Shown in pieces: positions 41,789 through 54,700 of a stretch of 64,000 nt of DNA. Each line of letters starts with the position of its first letter. Position 1 is the stretch's first letter. The notes beneath the pieces were generated by a model. It did no database searches. It had not been told where the DNA came from and saw only the letters and a program-made list of their open reading frames with translations. The position numbers and the translations under genes are program-made. Source of the DNA: Gracilinanus agilis (taxonomy: Eukaryota). The DNA lies in contig NC_058134.1 of the NCBI RefSeq assembly GCF_016433145.1, positions 283,036,533-283,100,532 of the forward strand. Reading direction: 5' to 3'.

Positions 41789-43842
41789 GCCTGGTGACCC
41801 TGGGCAAGTCACTTTACCTCCCTTGCCCTGCCCTTGCCCCTCTCTTCTTCCTTGGAACCAATATTAATATTGATTCCAAGATGGAAGGTGAAGGGTTTTT
41901 TTTTAAGTTGTTTTTACATTTAATTGGGGAAAATAAAATATTAAAAATTTAAAAATTAAGCTGCTTTACCTCCTCCAAAAAGAGCCTGTCCTAAATTAAT
42001 AACAGTAGCTAGTATTTAAATAGCATGTACTGGGGGCAGCTGGGTAGCTCAGTGGATTGAGAGCCAGGCCTAGAAATGAGAGGTCTTAGGTTCAAATCTG
42101 GCCTCAGACACTTTCCAGCCGTGTGACCCTGGGCAAGTCACTTGACCCCCATTGCCTACCCTTACCACTCTTCCACCTAGGAGCCAATACACAGAAGTTA
42201 AGGGTTTAAAATAAAAAACAAACAAACAAATAAATAAATAAATAGCATGTACTCTGTGCCGGGCATGATCTCATTTGACCTTCACAGCCATCTAGGAGGG
42301 AGGTGCTAGTACATTTTATAGCCGAGGCAACTGAGTCAGATAAGTCCTTCTCTAATAGATGGCTGCTCCCAGGTCTTGGTGACAAAGAGCTCCCATCCCC
42401 ATGGCATCTCCCTGCCTCCCAGCGTGCTCTCTATTATCCTGCAGGGGGTGATCTAATGGGAAGCATTCCTTTTCCCCAAAGAAGGCTGGAAAGGTCACAG
42501 CCCACATTTCCGTCCCAGCATTCAGTGTTAGGGAACCATGAGGGGAGAACACCGACAGTATTGTCCCCATTGTGTGGAGGAGAACCCCAAGGCCTGGGAA
42601 CTGGTTTGCCAGTCCTCAAGCAAAGCAGTTCTTGAGCCCCAGCATCCAGACCCCCAGTCCTGGGGCTCAGAGGGGCCTCCAGCTCCATTTCTCCCCCAGC
42701 CTCTCCTTCTGGGGTCTGGATAGGAAGATGGGAGGAGCCAGCCTCACGCCTGACTTCCTGCTGCTCCCACAACGCCCCACACAGGACATCTGTGGCTATG
42801 GCTCCCAATGGGGCGTGGAGGCTTGCCGAGGCTCCAGGCTCGGTGTCTTTGGATCCCCCCATACTGGAACTAGGTGTCTGACCGGGGTGGGCCTGTTGTG
42901 TCAGCGAGCCACTGAAAAGGTTAAATAGAAGCCTGTAGACGAGGGAGGGCAAAGACGGTTCTGGGCCTCCCTGGCTTCTGACCTCATCCTGTGACTCTGC
43001 AGGGGCTCTGAAGCACAACTTCACTCACTGCGAGCCAGCAAGTTGCTCTGCCACTGGCTGCCTCAGTTTCTCCAACTGTTAACCGGAGACCCTGCATCCC
43101 AGGATCCCAGGGGCATTTTGGGGATCAGATGAGATCGTCTTTGCCCGGCCCAGATGGGCGTGATAAACACTTGTTCCCCACGTCAGTACCCCGGTCTTGT
43201 TTAAGCTGCTTGCGGGGGCACCCCTGCTAGGGAGCTCTGATCCCTGCTGGGACCCCTGCCTGGGCCATCGGGGGTGGACACTTGGGAGAGGAGGGTCAGG
43301 AAAGTGGAGGCCCCAATCCTGGCCAGGTATTGGGCAGGTGACCTCCTTGGCAGAGCCCCAGAGTAGGTTAGGGTTGGGGGAAAGTAGCCCAGTTATATAA
43401 CGGCCGAGATCATTGGAGCCCGCTGCTTGAGTGGTAGTGCCTGGGGGTGCTCCCCAGAATGTCCCCTGTGCCTGCGGGCTCTGGTGCCCCTCTGGGGGTG
43501 TTCCTGCAAGGGACATGCCCAAGGGCCTGGAACTGGAAGAAAAGGGCCCGCATGGGCTTTGACTTTTCAAAGTGGGACCCGAGGGCCCTCCTGTGTGGTG
43601 TTCGCCCCCTGCCCTAAGGCAAAGCGGGCTGTGAGGTGGATGGGTGGATCTTCTAGGTGTGCTAGAGAACCTGCAATCCTTCTGGGAAAAGGAAACCCTC
43701 TGGGACGTACAAAATTGGTGTCAGGGCCTCTCCCGGGGCCGTGCGGGGGTTTCTCCTGGTGAGTTGTGGGGCCTCACTGAAGGCCTAGGCCCAGGCATCC
43801 TGGGGCCTGAGCTGAAGCCCCTCAAGGATCGCGATGGGGATT

Positions 43843-44048
43843 CAGCACCGCCAGGACAAGCCGCTCTTTGACGCCGTAGTCAGGTTTGCGGGCCTGCCCA
43901 GGGACACTGCGCACAGGCCCAGCCCCAGCCCAGCTCTCCATGGAGCTTCCTCCACCTTCCCTCCCTTCCCTCCTCAGGCTGATGGTGAACTTGACCCAGC
44001 TGGCCCTGCTCTGCTTCAGTAAAGTGCCCCAGGATCCTAGCTTCAGGC
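43843..44048 (+). pseudogene. Partial duplicate of TIMELESS exon 3 3' end, intron 3 and exon 4 5' part
   Basis: Matches 44580-44785 (offset 737) with 9 mismatches in 206 bp. It retains the CAG|GT donor (43883/43884) and the AG acceptor (43977/43978). Confidence 0.92.
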
Positions 44049-44259
44049 TTTTATTAGCCAGTCTCTGAGCCAGGGATGACCACACGTGTGCTACTTAACC
44101 CTGAGAAAACAAGCCACCCCACCCCCACCCAGTAATATCTTCCTCTTCCTCTTAGGGCCGCAGAGAGGCCCTGGGCCAAGGCCGGCTCTCACCAAGATCC
44201 TGCCTCTGGCCCATTCTCTGCCTCCTGGCCTCCCTTCCCTGCTGGCTGAGCAGCCATTT

Positions 44260-47200
44260 ATGGGCTTGGACATGATGAACTGCGAGCTTCTCGCCACATG
44301 CAGCGCCCTCGGATACCTGGAAGGGGACGTTTACCACAGAGAGCCAGACTGCTTGGGTGAGCACCCCAAGGGCGCCCGACTCCCGCTTCTCCCAGCGGGG
44401 CAGGCGGCGGCTTCCGCAGCCCCCGTGCTGCCCCCAGCCCAGGGACACGTCTCTTCTCCCCCGCAGAGAGCGTGAAGGATCTGATCCGCTACCTGAAGCA
44501 CGAGGATGAGACGCAAGATGTGCGCCGGCAGCTCGGGGCGGCCCAGATCCTCCAAGGGGACCTCCTGCCCATCCTGGTCCAGCACCGCCAGGACAAGCCG
44601 CTCTTTGATGCCGTAGTCAGGTTTGTGGGCCTGCCCAGGGACACTGCGCACAGGCCCAGCCCCGGCCCAGCTCTCCAGGGAGCTTCCTCCACCTTCTCTC
44701 CCTTCCCTCCTCAGGCTGATGGTGAACTTGACCCAGCCGGCCCTGCTCTGCTTCGGTAAAGTGCCCCAGGATCCCAGCTTCCGGCACCATTTCCTCCAAG
44801 TGTTGGGTTACCTGCAGTCCTACAAAGAAGTGAGGCTCTCTCGGGGTGCGCGTGCGGAGTGGGGGCCGGAGAGAGGGTCTGCGGGGGCTCACGCTCGTGC
44901 CGCCTCCCCTTTGCCCTAGGCCTTCGCCAACGAGAAGACCTTCGGGGTCCTCAGCGAGACGCTCTACACGCTGCTGCAGCTGGTAAGCGAGGCCTGGGGA
45001 CCCTCTCCCGCCTCTCTGGCTCCCCTCTGGGCGGCGGCAGAGCACGGGAAGGCAAGGTTTGGGGACAGACCCCCCGCCAGGGCCTCGTCGCTCTCCCGCC
45101 CACCCCCACCCCCTTGTGCGCTTTCAGGGCTGGGAGGAGCGTCAGGAAGAAGACAACCTGCTCATTGAGCGCATCCTCCTGCTGGTCAGAAACGTTCTGC
45201 ACGTCCCCGCTGACCCCAGCCAGGAAAAGGTGAGTGCAAGGGGGAGGGGAGGAAGGCAGGGCCCCAAAGGACCCCCCTGACCCCGCCGGTCTCCTCCTGC
45301 CCAGCACGTTGATGACGAAGCCAGCATCCACGACCGGCTGCTCTGGGCCCTGCACCTCAGCGGCCTCGACGACCTGCTGCTCTTCTTGGCCAGCTCTGCG
45401 GCCGAACAGCAGTGGAGCCTCCACGTGCTAGAGATCGTCTCCCTCGTGTTCCGGGACCAGGTGAGGCGTGCACCCCAGCCCCTGGGGCCCCGCCACCCCC
45501 AGCCTGGGGCCCCGCCAACTCACCTGTGACTTCCCCAGAACCCTGAGCACTTGGCAGCCGCGGGCCAGGCACGCTCGGCCCGGGAGCAGGGCGCTGACAC
45601 GGTGGAGCTGGAAGTGCTCCGGCAGAGGGAGACAGCGGAGAAGAAGAGCCGGGCCCTTCAGCGGAGCAGCAGGTGAGCCGGCCCTTTGGGCACGGGGCTC
45701 GGCCCAGGGACACAGACTCGTGCCGGGGAGGGCTCGGGGAGAGCCGCCCTGACCGGTGCGCTTCTGCAGGCACTCTCGCTTCGGCGGCTCCTACGTGGTC
45801 CAGGGGCTGAAGTCCATCGGAGACAGGGATGTGGTCTTCCACAAGAGCCTGCCCCGCGTGAGTGGGGCCTGGAGCAGGAGGGCTGAGGGCTGGGGGGCCG
45901 GAGGGGCCGGACGGTCGCCTCTGCTGGCACACGGAAGGCCCCGGGGCCGTGGCTTGTGACCCCCTCTCTAGTTTCAGACATACAGCCCAGACTTGGGGAA
46001 GGACGCTCGTTATGTGCCCCGGCGCCGGCAGCCTGCTCCAGAGTCCTCTGTCCAGCGCCGCTCGGCCCTCAATGTACGGCTTTTCCTCCGTGACTTCTGC
46101 TCCGAGTTCCTGGAGAACTGCTACAACCGCCTCATGGGCCTGGTCAAGGTGAGCTGTGGGAAGAGACTCAGAGCACGGGGAAATGGCTAAAGAGAGGCTG
46201 TGGCAGAGGCTGGGAAAGGGATGCTCTCAGGAGCTCTGGGGAGCCCGCTGTAGGGGCAAGGGAGTCGCCGACATTGGGGTATGGGTGGTGGGAGACGAGA
46301 GGACATCAGTGAGAGAGACGAGGTGGGAGGAGGCCCAGGGGCTCCCTGGGACCTGCAGGAGTCTGGGCAAGAGACAGGCCAAGGGGGCACCCAAGGCTTT
46401 CTTGTGATGGGGTGTCCCCTCCCTGGCATCAGGACCACCTACTCCGGGAGAAGGCGCAGCAGCACGACGAAACCTACTACCTGTGGGCCCTGGCCTTCTT
46501 CATGGCCTTCAATCGAGCCTCCAACTTCCGGCCCGGCCTGGTCTCCGAGACTCTCAGCGTCCGCACCTTCCACTTTATCGAACAGAACCTTACCAACTAC
46601 TACGAGATGATGCTGACTGATCGGAAGGAGGCGGTCTCGTGGGGTCGCCGGTGAGCATTTCCTTCTGGTCACCGAGGCCCCGGACTCCAGCCGTGTGTTT
46701 GTCCTGGCCTGGGGTCCCGGTCAGCCCAGAAGCTGCTGGGGTCACCTGCTTGCCACGTCTTCGTCTTCTCATTCTGGTCCTTCTCATCTCCAGAATGCAC
46801 CTCGCCCTCAGGGCCTACCAGGAGCTGCTGGCCACAGTGAACAGGATGGACGCATCGGCAGACGAGGCTGTGAGGGAGAGCAGCCGGATCCTCAAGAGTA
46901 AGCCTCCTCCCCCCTTCTTTCCTGGGGCTCCCCCCTGTCTCTTGCTGCTCCGCCTAGGCTTTCCAGCCCTTTTGCTTCCTTCCAGACAACGTCTTCTACG
47001 TGATGGAGTACAGAGAACTCTTCCTGACCCTCTTTCGGAAATTCGATGAGACTCGCCAGCCCCGCTCCTATCTCCGCGACCTGGTGGAGACGACCCACCT
47101 CTTCCTGAAGATGCTGGAGCGTTTCTGCCGGAACCGAGGGAACCTGATGGTGCAGGTACTGGGGGTCAGGAGGCTCATGGCTTGCTGGGAGGAGAGCCTC

Positions 47201-50200
47201 CTTTTTCATTTTTTTTTTTTTCAAAAAAGTTTTAAAATTATGAGCTAGAAAATCATCAACGTGAACATTTCTATATACAAAGGAAACTAGAAAAATAGGG
47301 ATCGTACAGTAAACCACAAATCTACCACATGTAGCTTACTTATAAAAAGTTTTTTCTAAACCCTTACCTGCTGTCTTAGAATCAATACTGTATATTGGTT
47401 ACAAGGCAGAGGAGTAGTAAGGGTTAGGCAATGGGGGTTAAGTGTCTTGCCCAGGGTCACACAGCTAGGAAGTGTCTGAGGCTAGATTTGAACCCAGGAC
47501 CTCCTGTCTCTAGGCCTGTTTCTCAATACACTGAACCACCTAGCTGCCCCCACATGTAGCTTATTTTTAAAAATATGTTATAAATTGAACGGGAGGCCTG
47601 ACATTCATGGCCCCTGCTTGTTGGTGAACCCTCCTTGGGTCTCTGTTTTTTTAGTGTTTCATTGATATTTTTTTTCCCTCTCTTTTTTTGGGGGAAAGTT
47701 GTCACTATGCTCTACTCTACTATCCTCTCTTGTAACAAAAGTATAGTCAAAGGAGCAACTAGGTGCTTCAGGGAATTGAGATCCAGACCTAGAGATGGGG
47801 AGGTCCTGGGTTCAAATTTGGCCTTAGACCCTTCCTAGCTGGGTAATCCTGGGTAAGTCACTTAACCCATTGCCTAGCCCTTACCACTCTTCTGCCTTGG
47901 AACCAATAAACAGTATTGATTCTGGGGCAAAAGGTCAGGGTTAAAAAAACCAAAAAGAATAACATAGGTGGGGCATTTTTGCATTTTATCTATGGATATT
48001 TATTCTAGTGAGGCACATGGTAAATTGAAGGTAAATCTAATTCCAAACAATGATGCATCAGCCCCTTGGCCATCTTGAATAAATCATTTATCTTTTTAAT
48101 AACAATTTCTTAAAGTCTACAATTTTCAAAATGCCTTACCAAACAAGATAGTGAGGGAAAAAATGAAATACATTTAAATTGTCTGATTTAGCTTAATTTA
48201 GCAAACATTTAGATTGAATTGCTAGATAAGAAGACCTAGGTTGGAATCCTCCTCAGAGACTTAGTGATCATTTGGTCTTGGGCCACCCACACATAACATC
48301 CCCTACCTCTGTTTCCTCATCCATAAAAGAGGGCTTGAACTGGTTGACCACTGAGGGCCCTTCCATCTCTAAATCTCTGATCCTATTATGGACCTACTAT
48401 GAATTAAAGGCATTAGGATAGTCACTGAGGGTGATACAAAATAAATAATATATTCTGCCCTTAAGGAACTTGCCATCTAGTGGGAGAACCAGAAAGAATT
48501 CTCATAGGCAAAGGAGGGAGCTCCCAGGCTGGCAATTCCTTGTAGGCCCTGAAGCACAGAGAACCCCTAAGGGCTGAAGATGGGATTTGACCAGAGGTCT
48601 TTTTCTTTTTTTAATTTTATTTTTAAACCCTTACTTTCTGTCTTGGAGTCAATACTGTGTCTTGGCTCCAAGGCAGAAGAGTGGTAAGGGTGGGCAATGG
48701 GAGTCAAATGACTTGCCCAGGGTCATACAGCTGGGAAGTGTCTGAGGTCATATTTGAACCCAGGACCTCCTGTCTCTAGGCCTGGCTCTCAATTCACTGA
48801 GTGACCCAGCTGCCTCCGACCAGAAGTCTTTTTGACATAACACAGATCATTGTATATGGGCCGCACTAGGAATTTAGAAGGGAGCAATTCTTTTCCAGTT
48901 AGAAAATTCTGGTTCTGTTGAGGAATTGGACTTGCAGAGTGAGTATGGTGGAACTCAAACCTGGGTCTCTCAGACTCCATCCACAATGCTGAATCATGGT
49001 GGTAAATAAACAGGATTTATATAGTGCTTTAGGCTTGCACAATTGATCGGATTTGTTCCTCACAACAACCCCATCAGGTAAGTCCTGACATGCCCATTTC
49101 ACAAATGAGGAGACTGAGCCCAGGATCAGCCAGCTGAGTGCCCGAGATGAGATTTGAACCCTGGTCTCCCCTTCTCTAGCCCACTCCCTCAGTTTAATGT
49201 GAGTTCCTGACTGGCTAGTGGGGGAGAAGAGCTGCCTTGGCACGGGGTTGGGGGGCAGCCCCAAGCGTGGCAAAGGGAGGGAGCCTCGCACGCCGCCCCC
49301 CCCCCCCCCAGCTTTGTGCTCAAAGCAGGGCTTCTCTACAGAACAAAAGAAGAAGGAGGAAAAAGAAGCCGAAGAAGAAGGCGCTGCCTGGGGCGCCAGC
49401 CTCTGAGGGCAGTGCTGCCCAGCACCCAGAGGGAGCAGAGGGCATGTGGCAAGCCCTTGCTGAGCAGCTGAGGCACTGCGCCCAGGTGGGTGCCTGCTGA
49501 GACCCTGGGCGGGGTGGGGGGGGGGGGTGAGGAGGCTGCCGCCGGCTTCCTCTCACTGCCCTACCCTGCCTGCCCTGCCCTAGAATTCAGAGCTCGCTCC
49601 TGACTCTGTGGTCCCTTTTGATGCCGCTTCTGAGGTGCCCGTGGAAGAACAGCGGACTGAGGCCATGGCTCGGATCCAAGACCGCCTCCTGGCTGGTCAG
49701 GCCCCCGAGGCCCTCACCCTCCTGCGGGCAGCCAGGTCAGAGCCCCGCCTCCGGAAGCCCCGCCTCTGGGGTGGAGTCGCCCTCTGGGCTGGGCGGGGCG
49801 TCTCTGCTGGCGGGCAAGGGTCTATCTTTCCCTCCCTCCCATGGGTCTATCCCTCCAGTCTGGGCTGGGCGCCTTTTTTGGGAATTTCGAGCAGCTTTTC
49901 CCCTCTTCCTGCCCGGAGTGATCCCGTCCCACTAATCCCGCCCTCTCACTTTCCAGAGAAGTGTGGCCAGAAGGGGACGCCTTCGGCTCCCCGGAGCTCT
50001 CTGCAGAGGACGAAGTTGAGTTGCTGCAACACATCTTCTCAGCTCAGTTTCCCCGTGAGTAGCCACTAGGTTCCGGGGGAGCGTGTCCACACTCCCTGGC
50101 TGGCTCCTGGGGCCAGGGATGGAGGGGTTCGTCAGGGAAGTGCCCCAGGGGCTTCCCGTCTCTTCTGCTGGTAGGTCAGCCTGAGCCTGAGGACCGAGGT

Positions 50201-51723
50201 GGGGAGGAAGGAGAAGGTGAGGAGGACCATGAAGAGGAGGAGGAGGAGGAGGAGGAGGAGCTGCAGGCCATCCAGGTCTCGGAGAAGGAGTTTAGCTTCC
50301 TGGACTACCTGAAGCGGTGAGAGGAGACTTGGAGGAGTTGGCTCTGGGGGGTGCGGGTACCGGTGGGGGGGTGCGGGTACCAGTGGGGGGGGGGTGACTT
50401 CTCACACACTCCTGCCCCAGGTTCGCGTGCTCCCACGTGGTCAGAGCCTGCGTGCTCCTGCTGAAGGACTACAGGGAGAATTCCCCCCACACCAACCACT
50501 GCGCCATCAAGATGCTCCACCGACTGGCCCACGATCTCAAGATGGAGGCCTTGCTCTATCATGTCTCCCTCTTCTGCCTCTTCAACAGGCTGTTCAGCGA
50601 CCCTGCCTCCGGAGCCTACAGAGTGAGGGGACTGTAGATGAGGGGCCGGCTGGGGTATAGACTGAGGATCTGAAGGGGGGGGCTGGGAGGCCATCCTGGG
50701 GGCCCTCCTTCAGGTGCCCCATCTGCCCCTCTTCAGGAATTAGTCACTTTTGCCAGATACATACTGGGCAAATTCTTCGGGCTGACGGAAGTTAACCGCA
50801 AGGCCTTTGTGGAGCTTCTGTTCTGGAAGAACACAGCTGTGGCCCGGGAGATGACGGAGGGCTACGGTTCTCTGGATGCCGAGTAAGGCTGGGGCTGGGG
50901 GAGTGGGGAGGAGGCAGGATTGCCACCCTACCTCAAGATGATTTGGAAGAGGGGGGAGCTCAGTGGATTGAGAGCCAGGCGTAGAGACGGGTGGTCCTGG
51001 GTTCAAATCTGGCCTCAGACCAGTGACCCTGGGCAAGTCACTTGACCCACATTGCCTAGCGCTTATTGCTTTTTGCCTTGGAACCAATACACAGTATTGA
51101 TTCCAAGATAGAAAGTAAGAGTTTTAAATAAATTTTTTAAAAAAAGATAGTTTGGAAGAAAGGATGGTTCAGTGGTTAGAGTGCTGGATCTGGAGAGGAG
51201 ATATCCTGGGTTGGAATCTGGCCTCAGACATTTCCCAGCTGTTTGACCCTGAGCAAGTCACTTAACTCCCATTGCCTAACCCTTACAGCTCTTCTGATTT
51301 GGGAACAATACACTGCATTAATTTTAAGATAGAAGGTGAGAGTTTAAAAAAAGAAGACAATTTGGAAAATTATATTTGGAGATATATATGTATATATATA
51401 TAATTTGGAGCTGTATTTGGAGAATGTGACTGCATCACAGTGAAATGCAGGGTAAAGCCTGTGCCCCGTGACCCCCAGAACCTCCCCCAAGGCCAGAAAT
51501 TCTATTCCTTTCCTTCCAACCTCTTCTAGGTCTTCTAACCGAAAAGCCCCCAAGTGGAATCCAGAGGAGGAGAAGCAGCTACGGGAGCTATACCTGGCCC
51601 ACAAAGACATAGAAGGTAAAGGGACAGTTCAGGGTAATTAAGCAGCCAGCATCTTCAAGAGTGGACTAAATGCTGGGGTGCACTGTGGATACAGGGCCAA
51701 AAATGAAGCAATGGAGGAGACTC

Positions 51724-51770
<47 letters not shown>

Positions 51771-54700
51771 CACACAGAGACAGAGACATAGGGGGCGTGG
51801 AGACAGAGAGATGGGGAAGGATCTGACTGCTGGGGTGAAGGAAAGGCCTTGTAAGTTTGGGACAAAAGGAACACTGGCTTGCACAGACCATTGAAGGGCA
51901 GTGATGTGTAATCAATCTGGAAAGGCAGCTTGTGGTTAGGCTTGGAAAGAGCTTTAAATAGCAAGCAGAGGATTTGTATTTGACCCTAGGACCTATGGAA
52001 CTGGTGCAAAAGATGGCACACAGTGTGTTCTCTGGGCACGTGTGTCCACACATGCTCACACCCAGTTTGTTACTAGAAAGGCAGAGCCGTGCCCCTCCCT
52101 CTCTCCACCATGCCCTACATTTTTTTCACAGCTCATGGTCTTGGCAGGGGGTGGCGTGCTACCTCTAAAAGGTTTGCCATCACTGCCCTAGGTAAAAGGG
52201 AACTATTGGAGTTTATTGAACAAGTGATGAACTAGACTTAGGCTTTGGGAAAATCCCCCCCAGCAGCTGTGTAGAGGATGGATCAGTGGGGAGACACTGG
52301 ACGAGGATTAGAGGTGGGAAGAATAAGCTCTTGCAGTAGTTCAGCTGAGGCCTGAGCAAAAATGGTAGTTGTAGGAGCAGTGAGGTGGCTCAGCAGATAG
52401 AGAGCCAGGCCTGGAGGCCAGAGGCTCCGGGGTTCAAATCTGCCCTCAGACGCTTTCTAACTGTGTGACCCTGGGCAAGGCATTTAACCCCCATTGCTTA
52501 GCTTTCTGCCTTGGATCCTATACTTAATATCACTTCTAAGACAGAAAGTAAGATTTGTTGTTTTTTTAAGTATAAGTCAGGGGGCCCAGGACAGAGCCTT
52601 TGGTTACATTCAGAATGGGGGCAGGGCAGGAGTGGGAATTAATGATGATCCCACAAAAGAGACTGAGAAATGGTCAGGGTAAGGCCATAGAAGGCCATGA
52701 GGACACTGAACCCTAGCCCTGCTTCTTTGAACCCTCTGACTTTGAGAGCTCACTTGGTCTCCCTGGGCGTCAGTTGGCAAAGAAAAGGGTTGAACATCCT
52801 CTCTGTTCTGTCCAGGCCTGTGCTCCAGTGCAGTATTGGATCCTGATGAGGCTTAGAGCCCAGAAGGGCTGGGATGGAGGTCCAGGAGCTTCAGGGCCTT
52901 CCTCCACCAATTGCACTCCTGTCTCCCCAGGGGAGGATGTGATAGAAGCCATCTTGGCCCGCCTGGATACTAGGACTCGTTCTCGAAAACAAGTCATCCA
53001 CCATCTGGTTCGACTTGGACTGGCCGACAGCGTCAAGGATTTCCAGAGACCCAGGCAGGTGTCCTCAGAAGGCTGGGGGTTTTCTTTCCTTTTGTGGTGC
53101 TCATTTTCTCCTGACCATGATTCTTCTCCAAGAAGGAAGGGGATCAACGTGGTTTTATGGACGGAGGATCAGGAGTTAGAGCTGCACCGGCTCTTTGAGG
53201 AGTTCCAGGATTCAGATGGTGAGGGGATCGCTGCGGAGGGGTCTCTGGTGTGGGAACCAAGCAGTGTGGCTGGCTGTCTGTCTCTCCTTCCCCTCTCTGT
53301 TTATCTCTCTATTTTCCCCTAGACACATACTTTCTGTCTTAGTCACAACCTAAGATCAAAGGCAAGACAGTGGGGGTTGAGTGATTTGCCCGGGGCCATA
53401 CAGCCAGGAAGTGTCTGACACCAGATTCTTCGAACCCAGGCCCTCCGGGCTCTCCATCCACCAAGCCACCTAGCTGCCCATTGGTGTTCTTCCACTAGTC
53501 CCAGCTGCCTGTTACTTAGGAGGGATCAGGAAGGTCTTCACATTGGAGGGGGCTCTTGCTTTGGGTTTTAAAGGAGAGGTAGGAATCCAAGGAGTGAAAA
53601 CAAGTGAGTGCATGCAGACATAGAGTATCTGAACAAAGCAGGGGACTTCCTGCGAGCCATGTTTGGGGAATAGGGAGCAGTACATTTCGGCTAGTGGCAA
53701 ACATGACATGGTTAGGCCATGGAGTGGGAGTGTGCTGGATTGTGAAGGGCCTCTAATGGCAGGCCAAGCAGTTTTTCACTTTTTTAGGCAATAGAGAACC
53801 AGAAATCTTTTGGAATGGAGAGGCAATATAGGACCATATATATAATGGATAATGTGCTGGGCCTAGAGGCAGGAAGACCTATCCCTCCATGCCTTGGCTT
53901 GGGGCCTGAGAGGACTGGGGAAGCCTGGACAAATCTATTTTCCTCAGTTTGCCCTCAAATCAAAGGAGATCAAAGGAGATGATGCTTGCCGGAATGCTCA
54001 GTGCCACGCCTGGCCTTTAGTTACTTCCTCCCCTCCCTACCCCATCAGGAAGCATGGTTACAGGAGGAGGGTGCACTGGGGGCTCATGTGGAGGTTTGGG
54101 CAGTAGAAGAGAGATGTGGCAGAGAGGGACGATCTTGGGGCATGGGTGCTGTCACCAATTGGATGTGAGAAATGAGCAAAAATGCCGAATTTTTAGTAGC
54201 AAAAAAAGTGGCATCAGAAAGGGAGGGTTTGAAGGAAGGGGATGAGTCCCCTCAGGCCAGGCAGTCTATGATCTGTTGGGCCATTTTCTGAGTTTGGGAG
54301 AGAACTTGGGTTGGATGTGGAGTTCTGCAAGGCATCTGCATTTTGGGGGTAGCAGAAGCCTAGCACCACGGGGGAGAGTGTAGGAGAGAAGAAAACGGGG
54401 CCTCCTTTAGATGCTAAAGGGTCAGATGAGAACATGACAAACACCAGGAAGCAGAGGACCAGCAAGAAGAGGAGGCCATCGGGAAGCAGAAGGGCCATCG
54501 TCAGAGGCTGAAGAATGTCCTGGAAAGGAGAGGAGATCATCAATGTTCTGAGAGCCAGTGTGGAGGCGGAGCCCAGAGTGCGGGCTGGTGGGGCAGCAAG
54601 GCTCTGCTCAACAAAGTTTGGAGGCAGAGAAGGCGGGCTGAGGATCCCAGGCCCAGAGGAAGAGAAACGTTGGTCCAAGGGCCTCAGGCCCAGAGGAGGA

